DNA from: Candidatus Hydrogenedentota bacterium
Lineage (GTDB): Bacteria; Hydrogenedentota; Hydrogenedentia; Hydrogenedentales; SLHB01
Assembly: GCA_045863295.1 (NCBI GenBank)
Contig: BTWA01000023.1
Location: forward strand, 35,519 to 99,518
Length of the DNA: 64,000 bases
Direction of reading: 5' to 3'
This document shows positions 21,916 through 32,129 of this stretch, piece by piece. Position numbers and translations under genes: made by a program. Numbering within the stretch: the stretch's first letter is position 1; each line of letters opens with the position of its first letter. The notes below the pieces were generated by a model that saw nothing but the letters and a program-made list of their open reading frames with translations, did not search any database and was not told the DNA's origin.

Positions 21916-23439
21916 CTACCGGTAGTCGGCGCCGGTGAGGCTCTTCACAACGGACTGCTGCCAGTCTCGAAGTTCGCCTTCCAGCCTTTTGGCAACCTCA
22001 AGTTTCGCACCAATGATGTTTTTCTCCTCGGCCGGATCACTGCCCACATCGAAAAGTTCCTTGGTATCGCCATTCGTCGGCTGACCATCAACCACGAGCT
22101 TGTGACGTCCATCCAGAATGGCTCTGGGGCCGGCAAAGTCTTCCTCCGTGACGGTCGCGTGATGAAAGTTGCGGAAGCTGCGCGTTGAGCTGCCGCGCAT
22201 CAGTTTGACCAGCGGGGTGGTCCCTTGCTGAAGCGTAGGTTCGATATAGGGCTGTCCGTTCAGTGACTCACGTCCCGCTTCGAAGCTCCAGAAGCATATC
22301 GGTTTGGGTCGATCCGTCATACTGCCTTCGATCAGGGTTTTCAGGCTAATGCCGTCTAAAGGGCGGTCCGGGACGGGTTGTCCCGCCAAATCGCAAATGG
22401 TAGGAAGCATGTCGCTGGTGACGGTGTTCACGTCCGTCACGCGTGGTGTGGAAATCATCTCCGGCCATTCGATAATACCCGGAACTCGTATCCCGCCCTC
22501 ATATACGTGCGCTTTTTGGCCACGGAATGGTGTCGCCACAGTGGCTTCAGGGGGAACGCCATTGTCACCGCAGTACCAAAAGAGGGTGTTCCGTCGAAGG
22601 CCCTCGCTGTCAAGATGCTGCCGCAATCGTCCAATTGCGCGGTCCATGGCAGTGATCTCGGCGTAGCGCTCTTGCAGGACCTTGTGAAGGGGGCGCCGAA
22701 CAGTAAGTCCGGTGTCCATGGAAGTCACGTCCACAAAGCGCTCCTGGTACTCTTGGGGAAGCTTTTCATAGAGGGCCAGATCTTTATCCAAACCGCTGTA
22801 CGGCTCGTGAGGTGAGCCGAACCACACAACGGTAAAGAAACTTCGTCCACTTTGCTTTGCTTTGTCTATGAATCGAATCGTTTCTTCAATGACAATCTCT
22901 GAGCCTTCACCTCGAAACTGCTCAGGAGGGCCGCCGTTGCGCGAAAGATATGGGTTCATCTCGAAAAAGTTGTCGTGTGAAAGCCACTCGTCGAAACCCA
23001 TCGCACCCGGATTGGTGGGAGAGCCGGCTTTCACAGGCCCCAAGTGCCACTTGCCGAAGTGGCCACACGTGTAACCCGCTTTGCCCAGGATGTGGGCGAT
23101 GGTGGTCTCCTCTGGCCGAATGGACCAATTGGCGGAAAACGTTCCGTAACGGTTGGGGTGGCGGCCGGTGAGAACGCTGCCACGGGTGGGTGAACAGACC
23201 GGGGAAGCCGAGTAGAAACGGTTCAAGCGAAGGCCGCTGGCGGCCATCTCGTCAAGCACGGGTGTTCGCAGATAGGGGTGGCCATTGTAGGCCGTCTCAT
23301 CCCAGCCGTGATCATCACCCATGCAGAGGATGATATTGGGCGGCTGCTCGCCTTGCGCCGGGGCACTCGCCGCCGTGAGGGCACAAGAGAGCCCGCCGAC
23401 GCGCACCACGAATTGCCGCCGTGTTATCGATTGGCTCAT
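21916..23439 (-). CDS. Tat-exported sulfatase
   Basis: MSQSITRRQF start, GDDHGW, CSPTRGSVLTG, GKWHLG. Confidence 0.9.
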   Translation of the reverse strand: MSQSITRRQFVVRVGGLSCALTAASAPAQGEQPPNIILCMGDDHGWDETAYNGHPYLRTPVLDEMAASGLRLNRFYSASPVCSPTRGSVLTGRHPNRYGTFSANWSIRPEETTIAHILGKAGYTCGHFGKWHLGPVKAGSPTNPGAMGFDEWLSHDNFFEMNPYLSRNGGPPEQFRGEGSEIVIEETIRFIDKAKQSGRSFFTVVWFGSPHEPYSGLDKDLALYEKLPQEYQERFVDVTSMDTGLTVRRPLHKVLQERYAEITAMDRAIGRLRQHLDSEGLRRNTLFWYCGDNGVPPEATVATPFRGQKAHVYEGGIRVPGIIEWPEMISTPRVTDVNTVTSDMLPTICDLAGQPVPDRPLDGISLKTLIEGSMTDRPKPICFWSFEAGRESLNGQPYIEPTLQQGTTPLVKLMRGSSTRSFRNFHHATVTEEDFAGPRAILDGRHKLVVDGQPTNGDTKELFDVGSDPAEEKNIIGAKLEVAKRLEGELRDWQQSVVKSLTGADYR

Positions 23440-23938
23440 CGGCAATAACTCCTTAGTTCGAAAAAGAACATTTTCAAGGATGTGAGAGACCGTTTCCAGC
23501 ATCACGCAATCAAGACAGACATTGGTAATCCTGCAGAAAGGAACGACCTCCTGACGTCGCAGTATACTTTCGCTGACACGGGGTTTCGAGCGTCCACGTC
23601 TGTCGTTCGCGTTCATTTGTACGCGACGACGGTTTTCGGAAGCAATGCGGATGTATCCCGGCGGGAATTGGGACACGCGTTTTTCATTCCGTCTCAATGG
23701 TTTACAGTGCACGCCCCTAATCCCACATGAGTTGGATTTGACTCAGGGTTTATTACGATTCATCGCGAGGACGCAAGATTTTTTGGAGAGTTGCTTCCGC
23801 TTTGTTCCGCGAAAGTCGGCGCTGACAACGGGCAAATCGGACGTTCGCAGGTGATTCTCTTGGTCAGCGCGCTCACCGAAGTAACGTAGTATCGGGGTGC
23901 TGCTGGGCGGCGCAGGAACGATTCTGACTGAAGTAGCG

Positions 23939-24889
23939 TCAGACCATTTTCTCTGACCATTGACCGGAGTATTCTTCAACGATCATAGCGCACATTGCTT
24001 TCAATTGCGCAAGGTCCAACCCGATCACCTGGTGGTATAGCCTTTGGGCGATCGATAAAAATGTGCACAGGTACTGGGGATCAAAACTCTTGCCGTCTTC
24101 TTGTTGCATTACCTTGATCGCCTGCTCGAAAGGCATCGCATCTTTGTACGGCCGGGCGGACACGAGTGCGTCGAAAACATCCACTATCGAGAAAATGCGG
24201 GCCTCAACGGGAATGTCTGCCGACTTCAGGCCGTATGGATATCCAGAACCATCAAATTTCTCGTGATGAAATCCGATTACTCGCGTTGCTTCTTGAAGCC
24301 AAACGGAGTTTGTGAGGATATCAACTCCATGCAGTACGTGCTTCTGCATTTCCCCTCTTTCGTCATCCGTAAGTGAACCCGGCTTGAGCAAGATGTTGTC
24401 GGAGACACCAATTTTTCCTATGTCATGCAGAAAAGCACCCGTGAATTGACCCAGCATTGATTGGGCATCCAGTCTGGCTGCCTCAGCAAGCTGGACCGCC
24501 ATAATCGCGACCCGGAAATTGTGCTCTGCCGTGTCTTGGTCCCGCTTTGCAACAGTGTTTCCGAGGACAACCAATAGTTCCAAGTGTGCCATTTGAAGGT
24601 CGACCAGTAGGGCGAGCACATGCCGGACAGAAATAACGATTACGGGGCACAAGAGAAATGTAACGGCGAGGAAAATGGCGAAGGGCATTTCCGCAAAACG
24701 AGGGAGATAGAATTTAAGAGTTTCAAGCACCAAACACCCAGCTACTATGAATCCGAGAACTGCCACGCCAACCCGCCACAGAATTCGCTTCCAAAGTCTG
24801 CGGTTGAGCGACCGCGTGAGCGTCGTCTGGATTCTCCGGGCAAGATACTCCTCATGAGTTGAGGAGCGGATAAGCTGCGTCGAGTCCAT
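23939..24889 (-). CDS. Membrane-anchored HD-GYP phosphodiesterase
   Basis: Two TM segments; LHDIGK, HHEKFDGSGYP, VDVFDAL..RPYK. Confidence 0.88.
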   Translation of the reverse strand: MDSTQLIRSSTHEEYLARRIQTTLTRSLNRRLWKRILWRVGVAVLGFIVAGCLVLETLKFYLPRFAEMPFAIFLAVTFLLCPVIVISVRHVLALLVDLQMAHLELLVVLGNTVAKRDQDTAEHNFRVAIMAVQLAEAARLDAQSMLGQFTGAFLHDIGKIGVSDNILLKPGSLTDDERGEMQKHVLHGVDILTNSVWLQEATRVIGFHHEKFDGSGYPYGLKSADIPVEARIFSIVDVFDALVSARPYKDAMPFEQAIKVMQQEDGKSFDPQYLCTFLSIAQRLYHQVIGLDLAQLKAMCAMIVEEYSGQWSEKMV

Positions 24890-24901
24890 GATATACGGTC
24901 C

Positions 24902-25180
24902 TTATCGTATGGTGCGCCCGTGATGTGACCCTGCGTCTCGCGTGTCCGTGGCGCAAACAACCTCAGCTTGGCCGCAGCTCATGCCCAACTCGATACGTCC
25001 CCGGTCAGCAAGCCACGCAAGCGTTGCGGCGCAGTCTGCTCGGGACAATCCAAGGCATGAGCACAGGTCCACAGTCGAGGTCGCCCGGTGCTCTCGCAGG
25101 AATTGGTCAACTGTGATTGCCACTTCAAACAATGACTGTTCCACTGGTTGGCTCCTTGTTTCGAAAAGGTCACTGCACAT
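24902..25180 (-). CDS. Small winged-helix-like protein (DUF2582-like)
   Basis: Fills the operon gap; LGLS...TLAWLADRGRI pattern. Confidence 0.4.
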   Translation of the reverse strand: MCSDLFETRSQPVEQSLFEVAITVDQFLREHRATSTVDLCSCLGLSRADCAATLAWLADRGRIELGMSCGQAEVVCATDTRDAGSHHGRTIR

Positions 25181-25221
25181 TACAGACACGCAAATGAATT
25201 CTGATGTAAGCGGACCATGCC

Positions 25222-26790
25222 TTACTTGAGCTTGCTCTCCACTTCGGACGGTTGCGAATCCAATATCTTTCCCCAGTCCGTACGCAGCGCCATCTCCTCT
25301 TTTAGCGCGGAGGGGATGAAGTCGTTCCCAATCCTGATTGCCCAACCGCCGCCCAACGCCCTGTAAACGGCGACCAGGTTCGTGGCTACCGAGCCCGAAG
25401 TCGAGACAAAAGCATCTTGCGAGGAGGCCAATGCGCGCTGTGCGTCAAGAACGCGTTGATAGTCCACGAGGCCTTCCCGATATTGCACCAGAGAGATTCT
25501 TACAGAACGTTCAGCGGCGGAGACGGATTCACGGAAGAAATCCTTTGCGTCGCTGGCCTGTATAAACCCGGCCAGTCCGTCCTCAACCTCCTGAACGGCT
25601 CTTAGTACGGTGTTCTGATAGTTGAGCTCTGTCTGCTGAAAGCGAGCGTCTTCAACTCGAACTCGATTCTTGATACGTCCGTAGTTAAAGATGTCCCAAG
25701 TGAAGCTTGGCCCGGCAAACCACTGAATGCTGCCGGACTTGAAGAGGTCGCCTATATCGATTCCGCTTGGCCCGCCAGGGAGCAAAGACTTCGTGTCGCT
25801 TGTTCGCAGGCCTATCGACCCGAAAAGGGAGAAGTGAGGATACAGGTCCGCCTCCGCCACCCCGATGAGAGCGCATTGCGAAGCAGCCTGCCGCTCCGCA
25901 CGACGAATATCGGGCCGCCGGCGTAGCAGTTCGGCGGGAACACCGACGGCGACTTCCAAAGGGGCTGAAGGGATTGGCGCTGGCCCGCCGAGAAGCTCTT
26001 CCACCTGTTCCGGCAAGATACCCAGAAGCGTGGCGAGCGCGTTCTGCGACTGGCGGCGGCCAGCCTCGAGTGGCGGGATTGAGGCCTTCGAGGCGTACAA
26101 GAGATTTCTGGCCTGAAGCACATCGAGTTCAGTGACGAGACCGCCCTCAAACTGGGCCTCGGCAATTCGAAGGGTCTGCTCTTGCAAGTCCACGTTCGTG
26201 CGCGCCACATCAAGGCGGGCCTCGAACGTCCGGATGAGGGTGTACGCGCCCGCCACATTCGCCGTCAGGGAAACGAGGACATCGTCATAGTTGGCGATGG
26301 TGCCCTCGAACGCCGCATTACTCGCTTCAATGCCGCGCCGGAACTTCCCCCAGAGGTCGATCTCCCACGCCGCGCCGAAACTGGCGGTCATGTCGTTATA
26401 GCTGAAGTCCAACGCGGAAAACGTGTTTGCGGAGTTCTCACTCAAGTTGGTGCTTGTAAAGCTCCCGCTCAGATTCTGTACCTGCGGATACTGGTTTCCA
26501 ATGGCGATTGCCAATTGGGCGCGCGCCTCGAGGATGCGCATGCCTGCCATTTGAAGCGTCAGGTTTTGCTGGTAGGCCGTCTCGATGAGATTGTCCAATA
26601 CTGGATCGTTGAAGACTTTCCACCACGCGCTCAGGTCTGTGGTCTCGCTCTTGACACGCGGGTCTTTCTCGAGCCACTCCTCGGGTTCCTGCGCCTTTGG
26701 CTTGACAAAGTCGGGGCCCACGGTCGCACAGCCGCCCAGTAGGAGTAGCATGGCTCCCAGTGCAACGGTTTTATACTTGGTCTGCATCAT
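25222..26790 (-). CDS. Outer-membrane efflux lipoprotein (OprM/NodT family)
   Basis: Lipobox LGGC, WEIDLWG, LLRRRPDIRRAE, YRALGGGW. Confidence 0.9.
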   Translation of the reverse strand: MMQTKYKTVALGAMLLLLGGCATVGPDFVKPKAQEPEEWLEKDPRVKSETTDLSAWWKVFNDPVLDNLIETAYQQNLTLQMAGMRILEARAQLAIAIGNQYPQVQNLSGSFTSTNLSENSANTFSALDFSYNDMTASFGAAWEIDLWGKFRRGIEASNAAFEGTIANYDDVLVSLTANVAGAYTLIRTFEARLDVARTNVDLQEQTLRIAEAQFEGGLVTELDVLQARNLLYASKASIPPLEAGRRQSQNALATLLGILPEQVEELLGGPAPIPSAPLEVAVGVPAELLRRRPDIRRAERQAASQCALIGVAEADLYPHFSLFGSIGLRTSDTKSLLPGGPSGIDIGDLFKSGSIQWFAGPSFTWDIFNYGRIKNRVRVEDARFQQTELNYQNTVLRAVQEVEDGLAGFIQASDAKDFFRESVSAAERSVRISLVQYREGLVDYQRVLDAQRALASSQDAFVSTSGSVATNLVAVYRALGGGWAIRIGNDFIPSALKEEMALRTDWGKILDSQPSEVESKLK

Positions 26791-26822
26791 GACAGTATCC
26801 CTTTCGTTCTTGATCGCGGAAT

Positions 26823-29800
26823 TCATACCGGTTGAGCAGTAGTGCTTGTCTCTGCGGGGGTGCGAGGATTCGCAGGGAGATATGGGATACGAAACAAGAT
26901 TGAATAGAGCACAGGCACCACAACGAGTATCAGAACCGTTCCAAAGCCCAGGCCAAACACAATGGAGACAGCCATGCCAGCAAAGAAAGCGTCCGAGAAT
27001 AGCGGTATCATTCCCAGCATCGTGGTGGCGGAAGCCATGAGCACTGGCATAAAACGGCTCACACTCGAGTCCACTACGGCATGGAACGGGTGCTTCCCCG
27101 AAGAGAGCTGCGCGCCAATCTCGTCGATGAGCACGATGGCGCACTTGATTAACATGCCGGAGAGGCTAAGCAGCCCCAGGAGTGACATGAAGCCAAAGGG
27201 TTGATTGCACGCAACAAGGCCGACGGTCACTCCAATGATCGAGGTAGGTACAGTCAGCCAGATGGCAAGTGTCTTGCGGATCGAGCCGAACAACAAAATC
27301 GAGATGAAAATCATCATGCTCAAGACAGGTGGAAAGCCTGCTGCGAGGTTCGCCTGCGCGGTGGCCGAATCTTCCGCCTCGCCGCCCCAGGCCATGTAAT
27401 AGCCCGGCATATCTTTCAGGGGCAAAAGATAGTCTTCCTTAACCGGAATCGTTTTGAAGGTGTGCGTCGACGGCACCGTCCCCAGCGCCTGCGCTAAATC
27501 AACATTCAAAGCCTTCTCGACTTTAACTTTGACGTCCTGGAATAGCTCACTCGCGAGTCCAGATTTTGGATCGGCGAACACGGTGATCGTCTTCGACCGT
27601 TGCCTACGCCAGATGTAAGGATTCTCGAACTCTGTCGCGAACCCGGTTACGACTTGATCCATGGAAATCATTTGTTGGGCCGCCGGACTCCAGACCTGCA
27701 CGGATCCCAGATCGCCCAAGCTCAAGCGCTCGTCTTCCGGCGACCGTGCAATGATTGGCAGCAACTCGTCTTCTTCACGGTAAACGCCAGTAACAGTCCC
27801 TTCCACAGCCGCCTCGAACGCCCGGGCCACATCAAGCCGGTCGATTCCCAAGGTTCTTGCCTGAGACTCTGCCATTTGGGGCCGGAGTTCTTTCGTTTTG
27901 GTGCGCCAGTCAGTCCGCACCCCCTTTGCCCTTGGGCTCGCCGCCAAAATCGCCTCAGCCCGTCCAGCAAGTTCACGCAGAACCTCAGGGTCTGGTCCCG
28001 TGATTCGCACGCGTACCTTTCCTGGTCCGCCCGGTCCGAGCTTGAACATCTGGCCGGAGATGGTGGAATCGGGAAACAAGGTGCTTAATTCTTCTTGAGC
28101 TTCAGAGATCAGTGCAGGAATGTTGTGATAGTCGTCCACGTCGACCAGGCACTGCGCGTAGGTATCCCAAGGCTTTTCGGGCGTGTAGACCACCAGGAAG
28201 CGTGTATGCGGACCGCCCACCGAGGCCGCCACGCCGATCACCCCTTCCATCTGCCGTAGATATTTCTGTGCCTGTTCGAGGCGTTGGTTCGTTTCCTCGA
28301 GGCGCATCCCCTCGGGAAACCAGAAATCGACCATGAACTGAGCCCGAGTTGAATCTGGAAAGAAGCTCTGCTTGACTGTTGTGAAGCTGGCAAGGGACGC
28401 GAGTAACATCCCCACAACTACAGCCACGGTCACCCAACGGAAGCGGATGCAGATTATTAGGAATCCCCGGTATACCCGGTAGAGGATACCTCCATAGGGA
28501 TCCTTCTCTGCCTTGCCGGATTCGGGCATCGCTTTCTTCAGAAAGACTTTGCACAGCAACGGCGTCGTCGTGACCGCCGTGAACCAACTCAATGCCAAAG
28601 AGATTAGAACAACATAGAAAAGGGAACGGCAGTACTCGCCCGTGTTGTCTTTGGACAGACCGATGGGAGCAAAAGCCAGGATAGCGATGGCCGTGGCGCC
28701 CAAGAGCGGCATGGCCGTCTGACCAACGACGTCCTTGGCCGCGTCAAGGGCATTCTTTCCCATCTGGATGCGGACGCGCATTCCGTCGGTCACAACGATC
28801 GCATTGTCCACCAACATACCGAGGGCAATGATCAATCCTCCTAGCGAAACGCGCTCAAGAATGAGCCCTTTCATCTCCATGATGATGAACGATCCCATGA
28901 TCGTGATGAATAGGACGGCGCCGATGATAAGCCCGCTCCGGAGTCCCATGAACACCAGTAGGACCGCTATCACTATGAAGACGGCCTCGACGAGGCTAAT
29001 CATGAAGTTGTTGATTGCCGCGACCACAGTCTTGGACTGGTGGGATATAATTCCAAATTGGATTCCGAGTGGAATCTCAGGCAACAATTCGGCCATCCGC
29101 CTATCGATTCCTTCTCCCATCCGAACGACGTTGCCGCCCTGTACGGTGGAGATGCCCAGGAAGACGGCGGGTTTTCCGTCATAATGGACCACTTGCCTCG
29201 GCGGATCTTCGTAGCCCCGCACGATGTCAGCCACGTCACCCAAGTAAACGAGTGACGCATCATCGGGCCCGCGGCCACGGATAAGCAGGTCGCGAAATTG
29301 CGCTTCCGACGTAATTCCTCCCGTGGGATTCAATGGAATACGCTCATTCTCGACGACCGCCCTTCCCGCATCGCCTACCAGGTTCTTCGATGCGAGGGCG
29401 GTATAAATGTCCTGCGGAGAGATTCTAAGTTTCGCCATCTTCTCCCGCTGCATTTCAACATAAACGACCTCTTGCTGGTGGCCCAGGATATCGACGCGCT
29501 TTACGTCCGTAACGTGCAACAGTTCCCGCTGCAGGAACTTGGCGGTTTCGTACAGATCCCTGTATGTGTGTCCTTCACCGGTAAGTGCCAGATAAACGCC
29601 GTAAACGTCTCCGAAATCGTCATTCACCACAGACGGACCGGCGCCCGGGGGAAGATCGCGCTGATGGTCGCTCACCTTTCTGCGAAGCTCGTCCCAAATT
29701 TGGGGAAGGTCGCGCTTGTCGTACTCTTCCTTAATGACAACCTGTACGATCGACAGGCCGCGCGAGGAGCGGGACTCGACCCGCTTCACTTGCCCCAGTT

Positions 29801-30020
29801 GCTGGGCCGCTTTCTCCATAACGTCGGACACTTCCTCTTCCACCTCACTGGCCGACGCGCCTGGATACGGCGTGAGAATCAACGCTTCTTTAATCGTGAA
29901 CTCCGGATCCTCAAGGCGCGACAGCCTCTGAAATGAAGTGAAGCCGCCACCGAGCAAGACAATGACAACGACCCAGGTAACCACGCTGTTGCGAATGGAG
30001 TATTCCGCAAGGTTCATCAT
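26823..30020 (-). CDS. RND efflux permease (AcrB-like)
   Basis: 1065 aa; GMLVDNAIVV; R..PVLMASATT.LG. Confidence 0.92.
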   Translation of the reverse strand: MMNLAEYSIRNSVVTWVVVIVLLGGGFTSFQRLSRLEDPEFTIKEALILTPYPGASASEVEEEVSDVMEKAAQQLGQVKRVESRSSRGLSIVQVVIKEEYDKRDLPQIWDELRRKVSDHQRDLPPGAGPSVVNDDFGDVYGVYLALTGEGHTYRDLYETAKFLQRELLHVTDVKRVDILGHQQEVVYVEMQREKMAKLRISPQDIYTALASKNLVGDAGRAVVENERIPLNPTGGITSEAQFRDLLIRGRGPDDASLVYLGDVADIVRGYEDPPRQVVHYDGKPAVFLGISTVQGGNVVRMGEGIDRRMAELLPEIPLGIQFGIISHQSKTVVAAINNFMISLVEAVFIVIAVLLVFMGLRSGLIIGAVLFITIMGSFIIMEMKGLILERVSLGGLIIALGMLVDNAIVVTDGMRVRIQMGKNALDAAKDVVGQTAMPLLGATAIAILAFAPIGLSKDNTGEYCRSLFYVVLISLALSWFTAVTTTPLLCKVFLKKAMPESGKAEKDPYGGILYRVYRGFLIICIRFRWVTVAVVVGMLLASLASFTTVKQSFFPDSTRAQFMVDFWFPEGMRLEETNQRLEQAQKYLRQMEGVIGVAASVGGPHTRFLVVYTPEKPWDTYAQCLVDVDDYHNIPALISEAQEELSTLFPDSTISGQMFKLGPGGPGKVRVRITGPDPEVLRELAGRAEAILAASPRAKGVRTDWRTKTKELRPQMAESQARTLGIDRLDVARAFEAAVEGTVTGVYREEDELLPIIARSPEDERLSLGDLGSVQVWSPAAQQMISMDQVVTGFATEFENPYIWRRQRSKTITVFADPKSGLASELFQDVKVKVEKALNVDLAQALGTVPSTHTFKTIPVKEDYLLPLKDMPGYYMAWGGEAEDSATAQANLAAGFPPVLSMMIFISILLFGSIRKTLAIWLTVPTSIIGVTVGLVACNQPFGFMSLLGLLSLSGMLIKCAIVLIDEIGAQLSSGKHPFHAVVDSSVSRFMPVLMASATTMLGMIPLFSDAFFAGMAVSIVFGLGFGTVLILVVVPVLYSILFRIPYLPANPRTPAETSTTAQPV

Positions 30021-30039
30021 GACTTGTTTTTCCTTTGAC

Positions 30040-31272
30040 CTATTCCAGCTTCTGAATTTTCATGCCGTCACGGAGCTGGCTGACTGCGGTCACGGCGATC
30101 TCTTCGCCGCTTTGCAGTCCCTCCGTGATGGCCAGCCCATCAGTTCCAACCAGATCGCCGGTTGTTAACTCGCGACGATGGACGGTCATCTCCTCGGGAT
30201 CCACCACCCATACGTGTGGAGTTTGCCCCTGCCAGGCGAACACTGCGGCAGCCGGCACCACAATCCGCGGGACAGCGCCCTCTTGCGGTCGCGCCCACAC
30301 ATTGGCCGTCATCCCAGGAAGGACTTTGAAGCCTGTCGTCGGCTGCTCCATCACGGCCGTCACCCGATACGTGAGGGTTGTGGGGTCCGCCCGCACGGAG
30401 TACTCCTTCAGGGTCAGGGGGTACTTCTCTCCGGGTGCTGGCGCGAATTCCGCGTAGGCAACATGACTGCCTGGGCGCATGACCGGCCCAATAAGCGCTT
30501 CAGGAATATCGACGAGGACTTCAACCTTCGAAATGTCGTCCAACGTCATGACGGGCTGCTTCGCTAGAATCTCCTGAAAATTGTCTAGAACTCGCCTCGA
30601 GACCACGCCGGAAAAAGGAGCCTTTAGGCAGGTATAGCTCAACTGCAATTGGGCGAAATCACGGGCTGACTCGGCGGCTAAAAGGTCGGCATGCGCCATG
30701 GCTTGATGTTCTACCGCACGGTCAATCTGGCTCTGGGCGACGGCGCCTGGTTCCGCCTTCTTGACGCGTTCGAGACGCTCGTACTCGATTGTGGAGAGCC
30801 GCACCACAGCCTGAGCCCGTTGCACCTGGCTTGCAGCATTGCGCACGGCAATTTCGAGATCGCGTGGGTCAAGCTCTGCCAGGATCTCCCCCTCTTGTAC
30901 GAACTGCCCCTCTTGAACGGGCAACTCAATCAACCTGCCATTTATCTGGAACGCGAGTTCTACTCGCTTCGAAGCGCGCACCGTTCCAGGCAAATTGCGT
31001 CCCACGGTCTCGCCTCCCGAAGATACTGTCACCACCTTCACCTTGCGGACGCCGACTTGCTGTACCGGTGTTGCGTGCGTTTCGTTGTGGGAGACCGCGG
31101 CCGACGTTGGACGGCTTTCACGCCCCTTCAGTACCGCCCCCAGCGGAGGCAAGTAAAGCGACGACAACACCGCGACAACCAATGCTCCGGCGAGCGATGC
31201 GAGCATGAGTCGCGAAGGGACACGGCCTAAATGCCGTCTAGGATAATCAAGGGAGGAAACATTGCTGATCAT
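30040..31272 (-). CDS. RND periplasmic adaptor (MFP)
   Basis: LPVQEGQFVQEG, LKAPFSGVV, PGMTA. Confidence 0.88.
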   Translation of the reverse strand: MISNVSSLDYPRRHLGRVPSRLMLASLAGALVVAVLSSLYLPPLGAVLKGRESRPTSAAVSHNETHATPVQQVGVRKVKVVTVSSGGETVGRNLPGTVRASKRVELAFQINGRLIELPVQEGQFVQEGEILAELDPRDLEIAVRNAASQVQRAQAVVRLSTIEYERLERVKKAEPGAVAQSQIDRAVEHQAMAHADLLAAESARDFAQLQLSYTCLKAPFSGVVSRRVLDNFQEILAKQPVMTLDDISKVEVLVDIPEALIGPVMRPGSHVAYAEFAPAPGEKYPLTLKEYSVRADPTTLTYRVTAVMEQPTTGFKVLPGMTANVWARPQEGAVPRIVVPAAAVFAWQGQTPHVWVVDPEEMTVHRRELTTGDLVGTDGLAITEGLQSGEEIAVTAVSQLRDGMKIQKLE

Positions 31273-31276
31273 CGCG

Positions 31277-31633
31277 CTACTCTCCTGTGTTGTGTTGAGT
31301 GGAAGTGAGGGGTTCCAAACGGGACAAGATGGCGGCCTTTGTGGCCGTTCCGACGATTTTGCACTTGACATTGCCGGCTACAAAGTAGAGGAGTGTCGGG
31401 ACCGCATGGATGCCGTACCACAAGCCGAGATCGGGATTCTCGTCTGCGTTAATCCGGACAACTTTTAGCCTATCCGCGAACGAAGCAGCGATTTCTTCCA
31501 GCACCGAGTTGAGGACTTGGCACGGACGGCTCCACTGCGTCGCGAATGCGACGAGTACTGGCAACCGGGATTTGAGCACCGCCGAATCGAAATTCGCTCC
31601 GTCGATCTCCAGGTAATTTGTATTCGTGGTCAT
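31277..31633 (-). CDS. Thioredoxin-fold protein with WSRPC site
   Basis: PVLVAF..WSRPC, YGIHAVPTL. Confidence 0.85.
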   Translation of the reverse strand: MTTNTNYLEIDGANFDSAVLKSRLPVLVAFATQWSRPCQVLNSVLEEIAASFADRLKVVRINADENPDLGLWYGIHAVPTLLYFVAGNVKCKIVGTATKAAILSRLEPLTSTQHNTGE

Positions 31634-31708
31634 ACGTGTAATCCTTTACTGCGCAGTATCAAAAAAAGACGATTTGGCCTACTTGGAACAGGTTGTTGAA
31701 CGGAAGCG

Positions 31709-31963
31709 TCAGGCCATGTGGCCGCCCCTGACGACATCTCCCGGCAGGTTCGCTGGCGCGGGAGTGATTTGGACGTATTTGATGTTCGTGATGGGGATTA
31801 CGAACAGGTCTCCCTGCACCTCGATGGCAATCCTGTCCATCTCAAGCGCCTTGCGGACTTTCGAAACTCTCGCGTGGGGGTCTTCACCGCCTTGAAGAGG
31901 CCACGCGAGATTCACACTCGTTTGGTCCATGAAGTGAATTACCGCATGCACAATCTTGCTCAT
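31709..31963 (-). CDS. Hypothetical protein, first gene of the operon
   Basis: RBS gggagg; directly downstream of a sigma54-type promoter. Confidence 0.7.
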   Translation of the reverse strand: MSKIVHAVIHFMDQTSVNLAWPLQGGEDPHARVSKVRKALEMDRIAIEVQGDLFVIPITNIKYVQITPAPANLPGDVVRGGHMA

Positions 31964-32003
31964 GGCTACCTCCCTTTCAATGTTCGTAACTTGCCCTCAG
32001 AAA

Positions 32004-32020
32004 AGCATCCGCCATGCCAA
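32004..32020 (-). promoter_or_regulatory. sigma54 (-24/-12) promoter
   Basis: Minus strand TTGGCATGGCGGATGCT vs consensus YTGGCACGRNNNTTGCW; divergent from a bEBP gene. Confidence 0.7.
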
Positions 32021-32129
32021 GACACACTTGGAGGATCTAAGGTAAAGAATTCCAATTACTTACGCGTTAGATCGCCGATTGAGTGTTTGTATGAAATTAT
32101 GAACGTATGAAAATTCGCCTTGTGCAGGG

